From Octopus bimaculoides (taxonomy: Eukaryota), in the NCBI RefSeq assembly GCF_001194135.2, contig NC_068994.1, positions 54,313,805 to 54,377,804 of the forward strand: a stretch of DNA of 64,000 nt. Direction: 5' to 3'. Each line of letters opens with the position of its first letter. Position 1 is the first letter of the stretch. Shown in pieces: positions 37,201-50,850 of this stretch. The notes beneath the pieces are model-generated. The model was not told the DNA's origin, did no database searches, and saw nothing but the letters and a program-made list of their open reading frames with translations. Both the position numbers and the translations under genes were made by a program.

Positions 37201-37504
37201 CTTTGTATGTTTAAATAAAAGCGAAATATTGATTTATTTCGTAGACACAAGGTCTCCTCCGATGTATGCTTGTGTATGTGTGCGTGCGTGTGTGCATGCG
37301 TGTGAGTGTATGTATGTATGTATGTATGTATGTATGTATGTATGTATGTATATATAGTGAGAGGGAGAAAGAGAGAGAGGGAGAGAGACAGAGTGAGTGT
37401 TCATACATACACATGTATATGTGTGTATATTTGTAAATATATATATATATGTAAATATGTGCGTCTGCGTGTATATGTATGTATCTATTTATCTATCTAT
37501 ATAT

Positions 37505-37576
<72 letters not shown>

Positions 37577-38062
37577 AAGCGAGAGAGAGAGAGAGATTGC
37601 GAAATGTCTTAGAGCTCAAGGAATATTGTTAACCATTTTCCTCCCTCCCCGCCAAAAATGTGTCACGGTTTTGTCAAGACTCCATTTACGGTTTGTCTCA
37701 AAACGAGATCACTTGATGTACGCTTGGTAAAACTTCAGGATTACCCACTTTTGTGCGAATGCGTGCGTGCGTGTGTGTGTGTGTGTGTATGTGTGTGTGT
37801 GTGTGTGCATATATAATATATATATAAAGCACACTTACATGCAGTCATTCATATATTCACACAAGGACATGCTAATATTGCATTCCACGCATTCATTGAC
37901 ACAAAATACAAACACTCGTAATTATAAACCACATATATACATACATGACTGTATGTATGTATGTATGTATGTATGACCTGTCAAACTTACTAATTACGTA
38001 CTCGCAGAAACGCGCATAAAAATGGATACGTGCGTGCGTGTGTATATATATATATATATTAC

Positions 38063-38403
38063 TCTTTTACTTGTTTCAGTCATTTGATTGTAGCCATGCT
38101 GGAGCACCACCTTTAGTCGAGCAAATCGACCTCAAGACTTATTCTTTGTAAACCTAGTACTTATTCTATCGTTCAGTTTTACCGAACTGCTAATTACACG
38201 TACACCACATACAAATATACACATACTCTCATTTTCTGTTAAACCATCGAAACAAGAAACCAAATGAGGTGCGCACACACATACATAAAACGGAAGAACT
38301 TCGTCGTTCAACTTGCCAAAGTTAGCAGCCAAATCACTTTTGAATCTCACCCTATTGCCTTGGGATGTGACACAATCTGATCCCAGGCTGCCTGTATATG
38401 GGC

Positions 38404-38449
<46 letters not shown>

Positions 38450-38592
38450 CGGGCTTCTTTCAGTTTCAGTTAAATTCACTCACTAGGCTTTGGTCGGCCC
38501 AAGTCTGTAGTAGAAGACATCCAAGGTGCTACGCAGTGGGACTGAACCTGGGACCATATGTTTGGGAAGTAAACTTTTTAACTACACAACCA
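38063..38592 (-). mobile_element. Family B SINE with about 200 bp of extra sequence in its central microsatellite
   Basis: 3' domain at 38063-38200 and head at 38450-38592. Confidence 0.75.
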
Positions 38593-38606
38593 CACACACA
38601 TATATA

Positions 38607-39022
38607 CGAGGGGTTGCTGAAAAGTTCCTGGCTTTAAGGGTGTCGTGAAAGGCCTGGCTGGAGGCCCAACTTTCCCAGTTCTTTTACAGGGCTTAGAANN
38701 NNNNNNNNNNNNNNNNNNNNNNNNNNNNNNNNNNNNNNNNNNNNNNNNNNNNNNNNNNNNNNNNNNNNNNNNNNNNNNNNNNNNNNNNNNNNNNNNNNNN
38801 NNNNNNNNNNNNNNNNNNNNNNNNNNNNNNNNNNNNNNNNNNNNNNNNNNNNNNNNNNNNNNNNNNNNNNNNNNNNNNNNTTTACAGGGCTTAGAAAAAC
38901 TGAAGGACCACTGAAATAAGTGTGAGAATCTGAGAGGGGTAATATGTCGAATAAAACCATAATTAACTGATCCTCCTGTATTTTCTTTTACCCAAAGCCA
39001 AGAACTTTCCAGCGCGCCCTCG
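38607..39022. mobile_element. Mariner-derived MITE with TA TSDs
   Basis: TA|cgaggggttgctgaaaagttcctggcttt ... aaagccaagaactttccagcgcgccctcg|TA. The TIRs match, and an N-gap lies inside. Confidence 0.8.
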
Positions 39023-39258
39023 TACGCACAGAGAAACCACACTAATAAAACAGAGACAAAGATACGGATAGAGACTTGGGAAACAGCTTGCTTTTACAAG
39101 TGAAGTCAGTGGAAAGCTCTGCATACCATATGCCAGAAGGTTTCAGGAGTCATCAGAGGAAATGATACACCGTTTCGAGGCCTTCTTCTCGACGGATTTA
39201 CAGCGCATTGTCCTCATCCGTCTACTGATATGGGATCTCCACATATTGTGCCCGTGTC

Positions 39259-39617
39259 TTTTACTTGTTTCAGTCATTGGACTGTGGCCTTGCTAGGTTA
39301 TCACCTTGAAGGGTTTTAATCAAAGAAAAGAACCCATGTATTTATCTTTCACAGTCCGCTACCTATTCTATCAATTTCTTTTGCTGAACTGCCAAGTTAT
39401 GGGGACACAAACAAGTCAACGCCGATTGTCTAGCATTGGTGGTGTGGTGGGAGCATACACAAAGGAAAAGACACACACACACATACATATATACACTCAC
39501 ATACACACGGGCTTTATGCATATGTATACACAAATGGGGTTCTTTCAATTTTCGTCTTTCAAATCTATTCACAAGGCTTTGGTTAGTCTGGGGCTATAGT
39601 AGAAGACATTTGCCCAA
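39259..39617 (-). mobile_element. Family B SINE, 5'-truncated
   Basis: Collinear with 7481-7800. Confidence 0.75.
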
Positions 39618-40973
39618 GTAGGTATTCGGCCTCAGGTTTATTTCCGGATCATCACACCTCCAGCTAGGTTTCATCGTTCTTTCTCAGCCACATAGCTACG
39701 AACCCAAAACCACGTAAACTCATATCTAAGCAATAATACACATGTACATATTGATCGACTTACACGCATGCAGACTCTATATAGATCCACACGCGCACAC
39801 ACTCGCTCATGCACGCACACACGCACTCCAGCCGTGTGTGCTAGCAAAGCCCGCGAAATAAACGGTTCAAGAGAAAATCATAAAAGAAAATTATGTCGAT
39901 AAACAAACACAAGCGAAATTATTTTATGTTTATTATCTTCAATAAAATTACAAGAATCTTCAGCTTTAATTGAACTACTGATGTCTGATTTCTATTGATT
40001 AAGTCAGGTCGATGCTCGAGACATCAAAGAGAGTCTCTGTTGCCACTCGATCCGCTAGAAACAGAAGGTGAAATCTCCCTCAAATCATGCCAACAGTCTT
40101 GAAAAAGCGGGATTGGTGAGAAAGACACGTTTTGAAATGTAATATTCGACTCACTATGTCTGAAACAGATGGAAAGAAAGAAGAAGAACGTGATGGCCAC
40201 AACTGGAACACTTTTGGTTGTAGATAGGTCTACTCAATTTGTTCTAACCTAGGGCTAAAATAATATTATCATACTACACTAATAGCCAAATACCACCACT
40301 ACTTATACGCACATACACATACACAAAATACCAGATATATTAACAACCAAAATGTCACACATACATACATAGATGCATAAACACCACACACACACGCACA
40401 CACACATATAAATATGTGCATACGTGCACGTAAAATATCACACGTACTACACATAAAATGCCACATTCACACATATAAAACATACATACATAAACACCCA
40501 AACACCTCATATGTGCATATATACATACGCACCCCCCCCACACACACACACGCGCGTAAACGATTAAACACTACATATAAACATCTACAAAAGAAACCAC
40601 CTTCACTTCTACCTCCTCCATCACTACCACCACAAAACGTATCAACCGATACTTGTGATCCAGGGACTGAACAACCAATAACAGCAACAGCTCCTTTCTA
40701 AGGTCACGCACAGGAATTATTCGGCACCACAATTTTTTTTATTTATTTATATAGGGTCACTCATCTCTTCTCTCTTTTACTCTTTGTCTCTCTCTCTCTC
40801 TCTCTTTCTCTTTCTTTGACTATTTGTCTCTCTTTCTCTAAGTTCTCCCTGCATCTCTGCCTCTCTTTCCTTCTTTTTTCTGTCTGCTTGTCTCCTCCGC
40901 CTCTCTATTTCTCTCGGTCTTTCATTCTGTTTATCTCTCCCTTTCTGTTTGTCTCTATCTATCTATCTGTCTC

Positions 40974-41010
<37 letters not shown>

Positions 41011-43281
41011 TTATCTTCTGTCTGTCTTTCGGTCTCCTTGTGTCTATCATTCCCTCTCTGTCGCTCTTTCTTTTCTCTGTCTCATTTTCTCTCTCTGTCT
41101 TCTAGTCTTTCTCCCTCCCTTTCTCTGTCTATATATACCTCTTTTAATCTCTTTCTTTCTCGTATCGATTTGCGTGGGATGCATACAAGTCATTACCATT
41201 TCTTATCGATATTTCTCGTTCTCTCGCCTCTCAATGAGTGACATTGGCCACCTCCCCACCGCCACCAACCGTGAGTCGAGTCTTCTCGAGTCTGTGCTTT
41301 GACACGATTTTTACCGATTCCAGTTCTCATTTTGTAAATCTAATCGCTTTATTTCATTCGATTTAACGAACAAACGTCGCGTAGGATTTCTTGAAGAAAC
41401 GAAAGAAATGAAATGGCACGAGCATTCATTCCATCATTCTCTTCTTCTCTCAGTCATTCTATTATTCTGTTGTTCCATTTCCCCATTATTCTGTTATTCT
41501 ATCATTCCATTTCCTGAGGTACTTTTTGCCTCAAAAGATTCTGGTGAAATGACGAACTCAACGAGTCATAAGCAAATTGAAGCCCGCGGGACTTTCTGAA
41601 TGGCACGCCTTGCGAAAAATTACTTTGAAATGTTTTTAGTAGTACGGCTCGCCTGATACGGCCCGTTTCTCGGAAAAGGTTGCTCCAGTTTGAACTAAAG
41701 AACTGCATTTTTATCTGGGTTTATAGTTACTTAGTGCCTTCACCAACTTACGAGGGTGGGATAGCACGATCACTTCTGGAGTGTCTTTCATCGTAAGTCT
41801 ACAACTAGATCAGACTGACCTGAGGCCAAACAACAGGTTTACGCAACGCAACGAAACCAGACCACTTTATAGTGATCTTTCAATTTGCTAAAAGTAGTAA
41901 CTAAATCTCCCTGAAGGACACCTGATTGTCTGCAAAAAGGACATTATATAACGCAGTTGGAGATGCACTTCACCTATAACGAAACGGGTATGATAACCCC
42001 ACTAGAAACGAAGTGAGTTGATCTGATATTAACAACAATAGAGTTCTGAGTTCAAATCATACCGAATTCAACCTTGCCATTATCCTTCTGGGGTCGATAA
42101 ACTATGTACCAATGTTGTGAAATTACTAGAGCCAAGTTACTGTTTGTCTTCTGCTTTTTTTAAAAATCTGCCTGTGACTATCTCGTCTTTTTTCTTCCAA
42201 AATGTCATAACTTTATTTAAAGCCAGTCGGTTGTGATTTGATGGAGACTTTTGGCTGTTAGTTCTTGCATGTCGAGTGATCACGTAGAGGAGGCGCGGGC
42301 AACCTTTTTCGAAAAGCAAGATGCATAACGCATGGATCATCGCCATGCGTGTAGCACTGTCCCTCGGGCCGCAAGTTGCTTAGAAGCTCCTTCGTTTGTT
42401 CGTTTCCCGAAAACAGAAACTGTTGACGCTGTTTTCTACCACTTATATATAAACATACATATACACACAAATGTGTATCTATCAACGTAATTGTATATTT
42501 ATACGTATAACCTTATTTTTGTTCCATTCTCAACCCAAACTGTCCGACGAACGGGAACGTGAAACTGTGAGTAACAGTTTTTGTGATGTCTTTGCAGTGT
42601 GTTTTATATGCATACACACACAAGTTCTCAACGATCAAGATTAAAACTGAAAGCTAGTGTTGTTTAGGCCCAGGTCAGCCCTGACCGAGTTGACATACGA
42701 ACAAAGACATTCCCATCGTGGCCATTTGGTCAGATAAGGGAAGATATTTAGGACTGTATCTAATGTGTCCTTTCCTTATTTTGGGATGGTACGGACCAGT
42801 TAGCTATTTCGGGACCAGCTAGCTATTTCTAACTGGTCGAACGACAACGAAGAACAAGATTGGGCAGCCTTTTTTTTCAAAAAGACTGGGGCTTCATGAG
42901 ACATAGACCTTCATCAGGCAAGCCGCACTGCTAAAAATATTCGAGGTAATTTTTCTTTATGGGTATCTGTCAGGAAATCCCGAGGGACGCAGTTTATCGA
43001 TAAATGACGGAGAAGTTCCCGTGAAAACAATTGCGGCTTCGTGGTTGGCACGTACATGCTGGCATATACCACCCATACCCCACCTCTCCAGTTTTAGTCA
43101 GGAGGGAAGGGCAGTGCTCTTGTGACCCTTTACAGAGCATCAGAAACTGGTCTGGGGGAGAGAGGGAGGTACTCTCAAATGGGAAACTTAGTCTCAATGT
43201 TTACAATAGGGTGAACTCCGTTAACGGCACTCAGGGAGCCTGGTGATGTTTTTAATCTGGACGACAGATTAAGTCCAGTTT

Positions 43282-43323
<42 letters not shown>

Positions 43324-43506
43324 GTCTGTTTGTCAATATACACACATATATACATATATATCTATATGTTTATAATTGTTATTCGAAATGACATATACGA
43401 GAGCATCTTTCCCCTGACTTATGAACTCTTAGACGACTCATGTATGTTTATACACACAAACACACACATATATTTGTATGTATATATTATATATGTGTAC
43501 ATATCA

Positions 43507-43636
43507 GTACATGTAATTTTTTAAAGATTAATAATCGGCAGAAGTTACAGAGTGACTCATGGGCCGAGAGTTTCGTGCGTTGGCCCCTGAGTCACTCTGT
43601 AACTTGAGCCGATTATTAATAAAAAAAAACATGTAC
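43507..43636. other. Isolated long stem-loop (pri-miRNA-like or fold-back remnant)
   Basis: Stems of 13 bp (43527-39/43608-20), 18 bp (43542-59/43588-605) and 5 bp (43561-65/43582-86), a loop of about 14 nt, and an outer gtacatg/catgtac pair. Confidence 0.9.
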
Positions 43637-44359
43637 TTACTCATGTTTTGAGTTCTATTTTCCTGCTGCATCACCAAACTTACAAGTATGTATGTATGTA
43701 TGTATGTATGTATGTATGTATGTGTGTTCGTGTCTGTGTATGAGAGAGAGAAAGGGAGAGAGAGAGACGAGGAGATAGTAAGATAATAGACAGAAAGATC
43801 GATAGACAGACAGATGGATACACGTTTACAACCAGACCAAATGTCAACAGGGTTCCATCATCTGATCTCATCTTGAGCACCTAAAAGTCGATGCGTGTCA
43901 CTTAGAAAAATGGTGAAGCGAAACTTCACGTAGCAAGGTGAATATAGAGTGAGAGAGAAGGGGGAGGGAGAGAGAGTTAATGTGTGTGTGTGTTGAGAGA
44001 AAGAGATAGGGAGTGAAAGGTAGAAATACGTGTGAGAAAGGTGTGTATGTGAGAGAGAGACAGAAAGAGAGAATGAGTGAAATGATGGGTATACGTGAGA
44101 GAGAGATAGGGAGAAACTATGTGAGGGAGAAACTTTGTATGAGAGAGAGAGAGAGAGAGAGAGTAAAAGAATGTGTATGAGTGAAAATGTGAAGGGAAGA
44201 GGAAGGAACGCGAGCCGAACAAAATGTGTATATATTTGTGTGTGCGCGTGTGTATGTTTGTCTGCGTTCGTGTGAGAGAAAAGAGTGTATGTGTACGTGT
44301 ACGTGTGTGTGTGTGTGCAAAGTACCCATGTGTGTGCGTGTGTATATGTATCACAGAAA

Positions 44360-44760
44360 GAGAGGATATGTGTGCATGCGTATGTAAAAGAGCCAGTGTT
44401 TATGAGTGTGAGTGCATGTGAGAGAGGAGGAAGAGAGAGAGAAAGAAAGAGAGTACATGTGTATGCAGAGCGCCAGTGTTTATGAGTGCAAGTGAGAGTG
44501 TGATAGAGTGAAAGAGAGAGAGAGGGAGGATATGTATGAGTGTATGTAAAAGAGCCAATGTTTGAGTGTGAGTGCGTATATGAGTGTAAGAGAAAGAGAA
44601 AGAGGATGTGTGTACATGTGTATGCAAGAGAGCATACATGTGTGTGTGTGTTTGCGAGAAAGAACGAGAGAGAGAGAAACGTAGAGGGGGTGGAGGATAT
44701 GCATACGTGTGTATGAAAGGGAGCCAGTGTCTGAGTGTAACTGTGTTTGAGTGAGAGGGA
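44360..44760 (+). repeat. Cryptic minisatellite with a unit of about 80 bp
   Basis: The anchor gtatg(t/c)aa..gagcc.gtgtt recurs at 44380, 44461, 44542, 44620 and 44711. Confidence 0.7.
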
Positions 44761-46551
44761 ATGTAAGTGTGAGTGTAAGTGTGTGTTTGTGTTGCATGGC
44801 GGAGAGACCGTTACCAAATTGAAAGAAAAATGTGTTCTGTTGGTTGCATAGGATCATCGTTTTAGTATATGACTATTATTTACAAAACACGATGGTGGTT
44901 CACAGAGCATCTCTCTTCCCCCCATTTTATCTTATGTATCCACTCACATAAAACAATGTCACATTCCTTTAAAACAAATTTTAAAAAATGCAGACGACCA
45001 TTTATTATTCTTTTTCGAAGAATTTAATAAATGTGTGTGTGTATGTGAGACGTAAATATGTTGTGCTGTGTGTGTGTGTGTGTATGAGTTAATAGAAATG
45101 TGTACGTACGTGATGGATGTATGTATAGGTGGGTACGTACGTGAGTATGGATGTGTATATGTATGTATGTAAATGTATTTTATGTTAGTGTATGTTTGTG
45201 CATGCGTGCATGTATGCATACTTGGACACGTACGTAAGTGCATGTTAGTGTATGTACGTGCATGTGTGTACATAAGGGTACGTACGCAAGTGTGTGAATG
45301 AGCATGTGCGTGAACATGTGTGTGTATGCGTATATATATGTGTGTGTGTGTGTGTATGTATGTATGCATGGGTACATACGTGAATGTATTTATGCCAGTN
45401 NNNNNNNNNNNNNNNNNNNNNNNNNNNNNNNNNNNNNNNNNNNNNNNNNNNNNNNNNNNNNNNNNNNNNNNNNNNNNNNNNNNNNNNNNNNNNNNNNNNN
45501 NNNNNNNNNNNNNNNNNNNNNNNNNNNNNNNNNNNNNNNNNNNNNNNNNNNNNNNNNNNNNNNNNNNNNNNNNNNNNNNNNNNNNNNNNNNNNNNNNNNN
45601 NNNNNNNNNNNNNNNNNNNNNNNNNNNNNNNNNNNNNNNNNNNNNNNNNNNNNNNNNNNNNNNNNNNNNNNNNNNNNNNNNNNNNNNNNNNNNNNNNNNN
45701 NNNNNNNNNNNNNNNNNNNNNNNNNNNNNNNNNNNNNNNNNNNNNNNNNNNNNNNNNNNNNNNNNNNNNNNNNNNNNNNNNNNNNNNNNNNNNNNNNNNN
45801 NNNNNNNNNNNNNNNNNNNNNNNNNNNNNNNNNNNNNNNNNNNNNNNNNNNNNNNNNNNNNNNNNNNNNNNNNNNNNNNNNNNNNNNNNNNNNNNNNNNN
45901 NNNNNNNNNNNNNNNNNNNNNNNNNNNNNNNNNNNNNNNNNNNNNNNNNNNNNNNNNNNNNNNNNNNNNNNNNNNNNNNNNNNNNNNNNNNNNNNNNNNN
46001 NNNNNNNNNNNNNNNNNNNNNNNNNNNNNNNNNNNNNNNNNNNNNNNNNNNNNNNNNNNNNNNNNNNNNNNNNNNNNNNNNNNNNNNNNNNNNNNNNNNN
46101 NNNNNNNNNNNNNNNNNNNNNNNNNNNNNNNNNNNNNNNNNNNNNNNNNNNNNNNNNNNNNNNNNNNNNNNNNNNNNNNNNNNNNNNNNNNNNNNNNNNN
46201 NNNNNNNNNNNNNNNNNNNNNNNNNNNNNNNNNNNNNNNNNNNNNNNNNNNNNNNNNNNNNNNNNNNNNNNNNNNNNNNNNNNNNNNNNNNNNNNNNNNN
46301 NNNNNNNNNNNNCTATATACTCACACACAAGTAGGGACGGAAAGAGATGCGTATATTTATTATGCATATATATATATACACACACACGGGTTTCCATTTA
46401 CTTCAGTTTATTATATTCCATGATGTTATCGTTTGAAATATATATTTATTTTATTCATTATTTTCTTTTTCGTGTTTTCATATTTATTGAGATGAAGGAA
46501 AATAGTTTACAAGAATGCTTCTCTTATTCATCATATTATGTACCTATATAC

Positions 46552-46598
<47 letters not shown>

Positions 46599-46739
46599 TG
46601 TATGTTTGTGTGTGGTGTATATGTCTATGTATGCATGTGATATGTGTATGTATGCATGTGTTTGTATGTATGTGTATATGGATTGATATATGATTGAATA
46701 GATGAATGTGTGGACGGATGCTTGCATGCCAGCACGTAG

Positions 46740-46783
<44 letters not shown>

Positions 46784-46840
46784 ATAGATGGTTAGCTGGC
46801 TGACTGCCTGGATATAAATACGTATGTACATGGAAACAAA

Positions 46841-47230
46841 CGTGGCCGAATGCTTAAGAAATTCACTTCGCAATCTACGAGGTCCCCGGTTCGATCTCGC
46901 TTAGCATTTTGCTTAACTATCTTAAATATATATATATATATATACTGCGTGGCACCTTGTGAATGGATTTGGTAGATGGAAACTGAAAGAAGCCCGTCGT
47001 ACATATATATATGTATATATATGTTTATGTGTCTGTGTTTGTCCCCCACCACGGTTGACAACCGATGTTGGTGTGTTTACGTCCCCGTAATATAGCGGTT
47101 CGGCAAAAGAGAACCGATAGAATAAGTACTAGGCTTACAAAGAATAAGTCCTGGGGTCGATTTGTTCGACTAAAGGTGATGCTTCAGCATGGCCGCAATC
47201 AAATGACTGAAACAAATAAAAGAATAAAAG
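46841..47230 (+). mobile_element. Family B SINE with an internal deletion
   Basis: Head ...cccggttcgatctcgc..., body gtggcaccttgtgaatggatttggtagatggaaactgaaagaagcccgtcg, and the 3' domain to gactgaaacaaataaa. Confidence 0.8.
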
Positions 47231-47944
47231 TATATATATATGTATGTATATATACACATATATACTTAGATATGATATAATATATACAAACATACACACA
47301 AAATATTGGTTGTCTTATTGTCAGTTGCTTGGTCACGCTAAAATTGTCACGCTTCCTTATATGGAATTAATCAATGCATTTCATTTGTAAATTAATTGAT
47401 ACTTAAACAGAATTTATTGTTATTGATGATGACATTCATTGCAAAAATACAAATGAGAAATTTATTTCCCCTTAATTTAATTTTAAAGTAATTAATAGTT
47501 TCATTTTTTTTTTATTTTCCAAATTTGCATATATTTCAATTGTTTTGTATGAACACCACTGAAATTGAAAAATAAAACAGTTTGGTTGAAAAGTATTTTC
47601 CCAGTTCAGACAAACACCACACACTCACAAACTCGTGTGTGTGTACTAGTGTTTCTCGTTATATATATGTGTGTGTGTGTATATGTATATATATATATAT
47701 ATAATCTAAGCTATATGATGTATATGTGTATACATATATATATATATACACACACACATACCTATATGTATGCATATCTATATATTCATAAATTCATAGA
47801 TATGTATGTATATCTGTCTATCTCTTTCTATATCTGTCTATTTATCTATCTATTTACCTCTATGTATGTATGAATTACGTCTAGACATAGTAAATAACTT
47901 CTAAGTTAAGAACATTTCTAGGCGTGTCTGTCTGTCTGTAACTT

Positions 47945-47989
<45 letters not shown>

Positions 47990-49094
47990 ACACACACACA
48001 CACACGTACGTACACACACACACACACACAGTCCAGTCGAGTGTCCCACCGCCAATTCGTTTGTTTGTCCTCTCGTTTTCAACCACAAGCTTCTTGCATA
48101 AATTAACCCGATGCCTTTGTTTACTGTTGACAACACTCAACATGGTGATTGTAGTAGTAATAGTAGTAGCAATAGTAGTAGTAGTAGTAGTAAGAGTAGT
48201 ACTTATAAGAGTCGTTGTAACAGTTACTAGTGTAGTAATAAGAGCGGCAGCAGCAGCAATAGAATAGTCGTAGTTGTAGGGGTCGTAGTAATTACTGTAG
48301 TAAGAATTGTAGTAGCTATTTTAGGAGTAGTACTAGTTTTAATAAGAATACTAGTAGTAATATTTGTAGTTGTTTAGTCCGGGTATACAACACACACAGA
48401 CACGCACCTAATAATATGTTCCATTCCAGTTATGACCATCCTGTTTTGTTTTTATATCTGTATTTGTATACGAAACATATCTGTTACTTTTGTGTTGTTA
48501 AGACGGTTAGAAGATGGTTTTAAAAGGAATTTCGCTGTTATTTCTAGCAAATTTAGCGACTGTGTAACAGCTGCTCATCCCTTCCCGCCATCGCTCGTCG
48601 TTTTGCTGGATGTGATTGATGTGATTGATGAAGATCGATCAATCTGTTCGATTATGTTTGGTGCTGTTACTCATTGTTGTTTGTTGTTTTGTTTCAGTGT
48701 CTACGTTCACCACATTACAGGAATACAACGTGCGCCAAAACAGCAGGGGTGGTAGCAAAGATCACCTTTTAAACCTGGTGATCACGGCTGGAATGTACAT
48801 TTACCACAGGGCTTAGTTGATTAATACTGACCTGGAGTGAAATAACATTACACGTGTTGTTGTCTTACTTGACTTTATTGTTGTTTAATTAAATATTAGA
48901 TTAGCCCTGATTAAGCAAACCTAGGACCAAAGGCAATCCAGCCTTGACTATCTCTCCTCTCTCTCTCGTTTAAAATTTTTTTTTTTTAATGGATTTTGAG
49001 ATGTCGAAGCCTACATTGTCTGATGGTTCTTTTCTCTTTTAAGTCGGTGGCGGCAGTGTTTTGTTTGTTATTTGTGAGAGATTGAAGTATTATT

Positions 49095-49310
49095 TTCTAG
49101 CAGATGAGGCGGTGAGCTGGAAGAATCGGTTAGCACGCCGGACAAAGTGCTTAGCAGCATTTTGTCCGTCGTTAGTTCTGAGGCGAAAATCCACCGAGGT
49201 CGACTTTGTTTTTTTATCCTTTCGGGCGTCGATAAAAACAAGTACCATTTCAAGCACTGGGGTTGATGTAATCCACTTAACTCATCCCCCGAAAATTGTT
49301 GGCCCTGTTG
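49095..49310 (+). mobile_element. Family A SINE
   Basis: aggcggtgagctggaagaatcggttagcacgccggac...gaggtcgactttg...gtcgataaaaacaagtacca. Confidence 0.8.
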
Positions 49311-50644
49311 CCCATTGTTTCTAGCAGGTGGTGAATAAATTATTGTTCTTGGTGTTGTTGGAGGACACGTTGATGCTGTTGTTGTTATTGGCGTTGTTGG
49401 TGTTCTCGTTATTTACCGAATGGGCAGGTGCTGATCAAGGGTAATCCAACCGTGACCATTTGATTTTAATTTTAAGCAGCCTGTCTCGGACTGTGTTTAT
49501 ATCTGACGTGTCCTTTTTTTTTAGAGAGAAAGATCTGGCTGCTATTTCTAGCAGACATTTCTGTTGCTCTTTGTTGAGGTTATAGTTGTTTTTGCTTTTT
49601 GTTGCTTAACCCCAGGCCATCCATCATCAAGCAGAGCAGTCCTTTCGCTAGAAGGCGTTACAACCGTGACCAACCTGATTAATTTTGTACGAAAACAATA
49701 CACTGCAATTTGAGGGACATTTTGGCGGTTATTGTTAGCACTTCCCATAGCCACATCTTTGGTTTCGTGTTTTCAAAGTTAGTTTTGTTATTTGATTATG
49801 ATCAGAGGAATTCCAGCCGTGACCTATACGTTGAGAATTAAAGAACATATATCCATTGTATCCCTTTTTTTGTAAAAGGCAGTAAGGTATATTTTGAGCA
49901 GTACTTGGCTGCTATTTCTAACAGATCGAGCGATTACGTCGAAGCTCGGTCGTTGGTGCGTGTCCAACAGGTGTTGGTCGACGTCAATGAAACCGAAATA
50001 CCCGGGGACGCCTGCTGCATAAGAAGTCAATAGTAAAGTGTTACAGCCCATTTAACTTGTATACAGTTATCTTTTACTTTTTTTTTCCTAATTTCTCGTA
50101 CATATTCTATCGGTTCTGTTTTACCGAATCGCTAAGTTACGGGGACGCAAACTGACACCGGTTGCCAACACGGCTGGGATTGAACCCGAAACTACAAGGT
50201 TGCAAAAAGAGTTTCTTAACAGCACAGCCATGCCTACGCCTATCGGAGCTTCTTTGCGTGTATTGTTGTTTAACCCCAGGTCAGCTCTGATAGAGACGAC
50301 CTACAATCAAATGCTGCTGCCTGATCATTCCGCCTTTGTTTAGAATTGCCTAAAACTGCATTATTAAGAATGTTCTTCGGATCTATTCCATCTCAATCAC
50401 ATATTTTTTAATCAATTTTTTTTCCGACTAAACAGTTTGAAACTTCGAATACTGGTAGAATTTCTCACGTAGAACACGGTTTACTCTGAGCGTTTTGGAC
50501 AAAATCTCGTATTTTAGAAGTTTTACAACAGGGTAAGAGTTGAGGAACATTTGGCTGCTATTTCTAGCTTTCGAACGGGTACGTAAGTGGAGGCTCCCAC
50601 ATGGTCTCGTGTATAATAATTCTGTTGGTTGGTATTCGTAGTGG

Positions 50645-50850
50645 CAGCAGTCAAGCGGTGAGCTGACGGAATCGGTAGCACGCCGGGCAGAATGCCTAAC
50701 GGCGCTTCAACCGTTTTTATGTCCTTGGGTATAAATTCCGTCGAGGTCGACTTTGCCTTTCATCCTTTCGGGTTCGATAAAATAAGTACCAGCTGAGCAC
50801 AGAGGTCAATGTAATCAACCTCCCTCCTCCCCCGAACTTGCTGGCCTTGA
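50645..50850 (+). mobile_element. Family A SINE
   Basis: gcggtgagctgacggaatcggtagcacgccgggc...gaggtcgactttgcctttcatcctttcgggttcgataaaataagtaccag. Confidence 0.85.
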
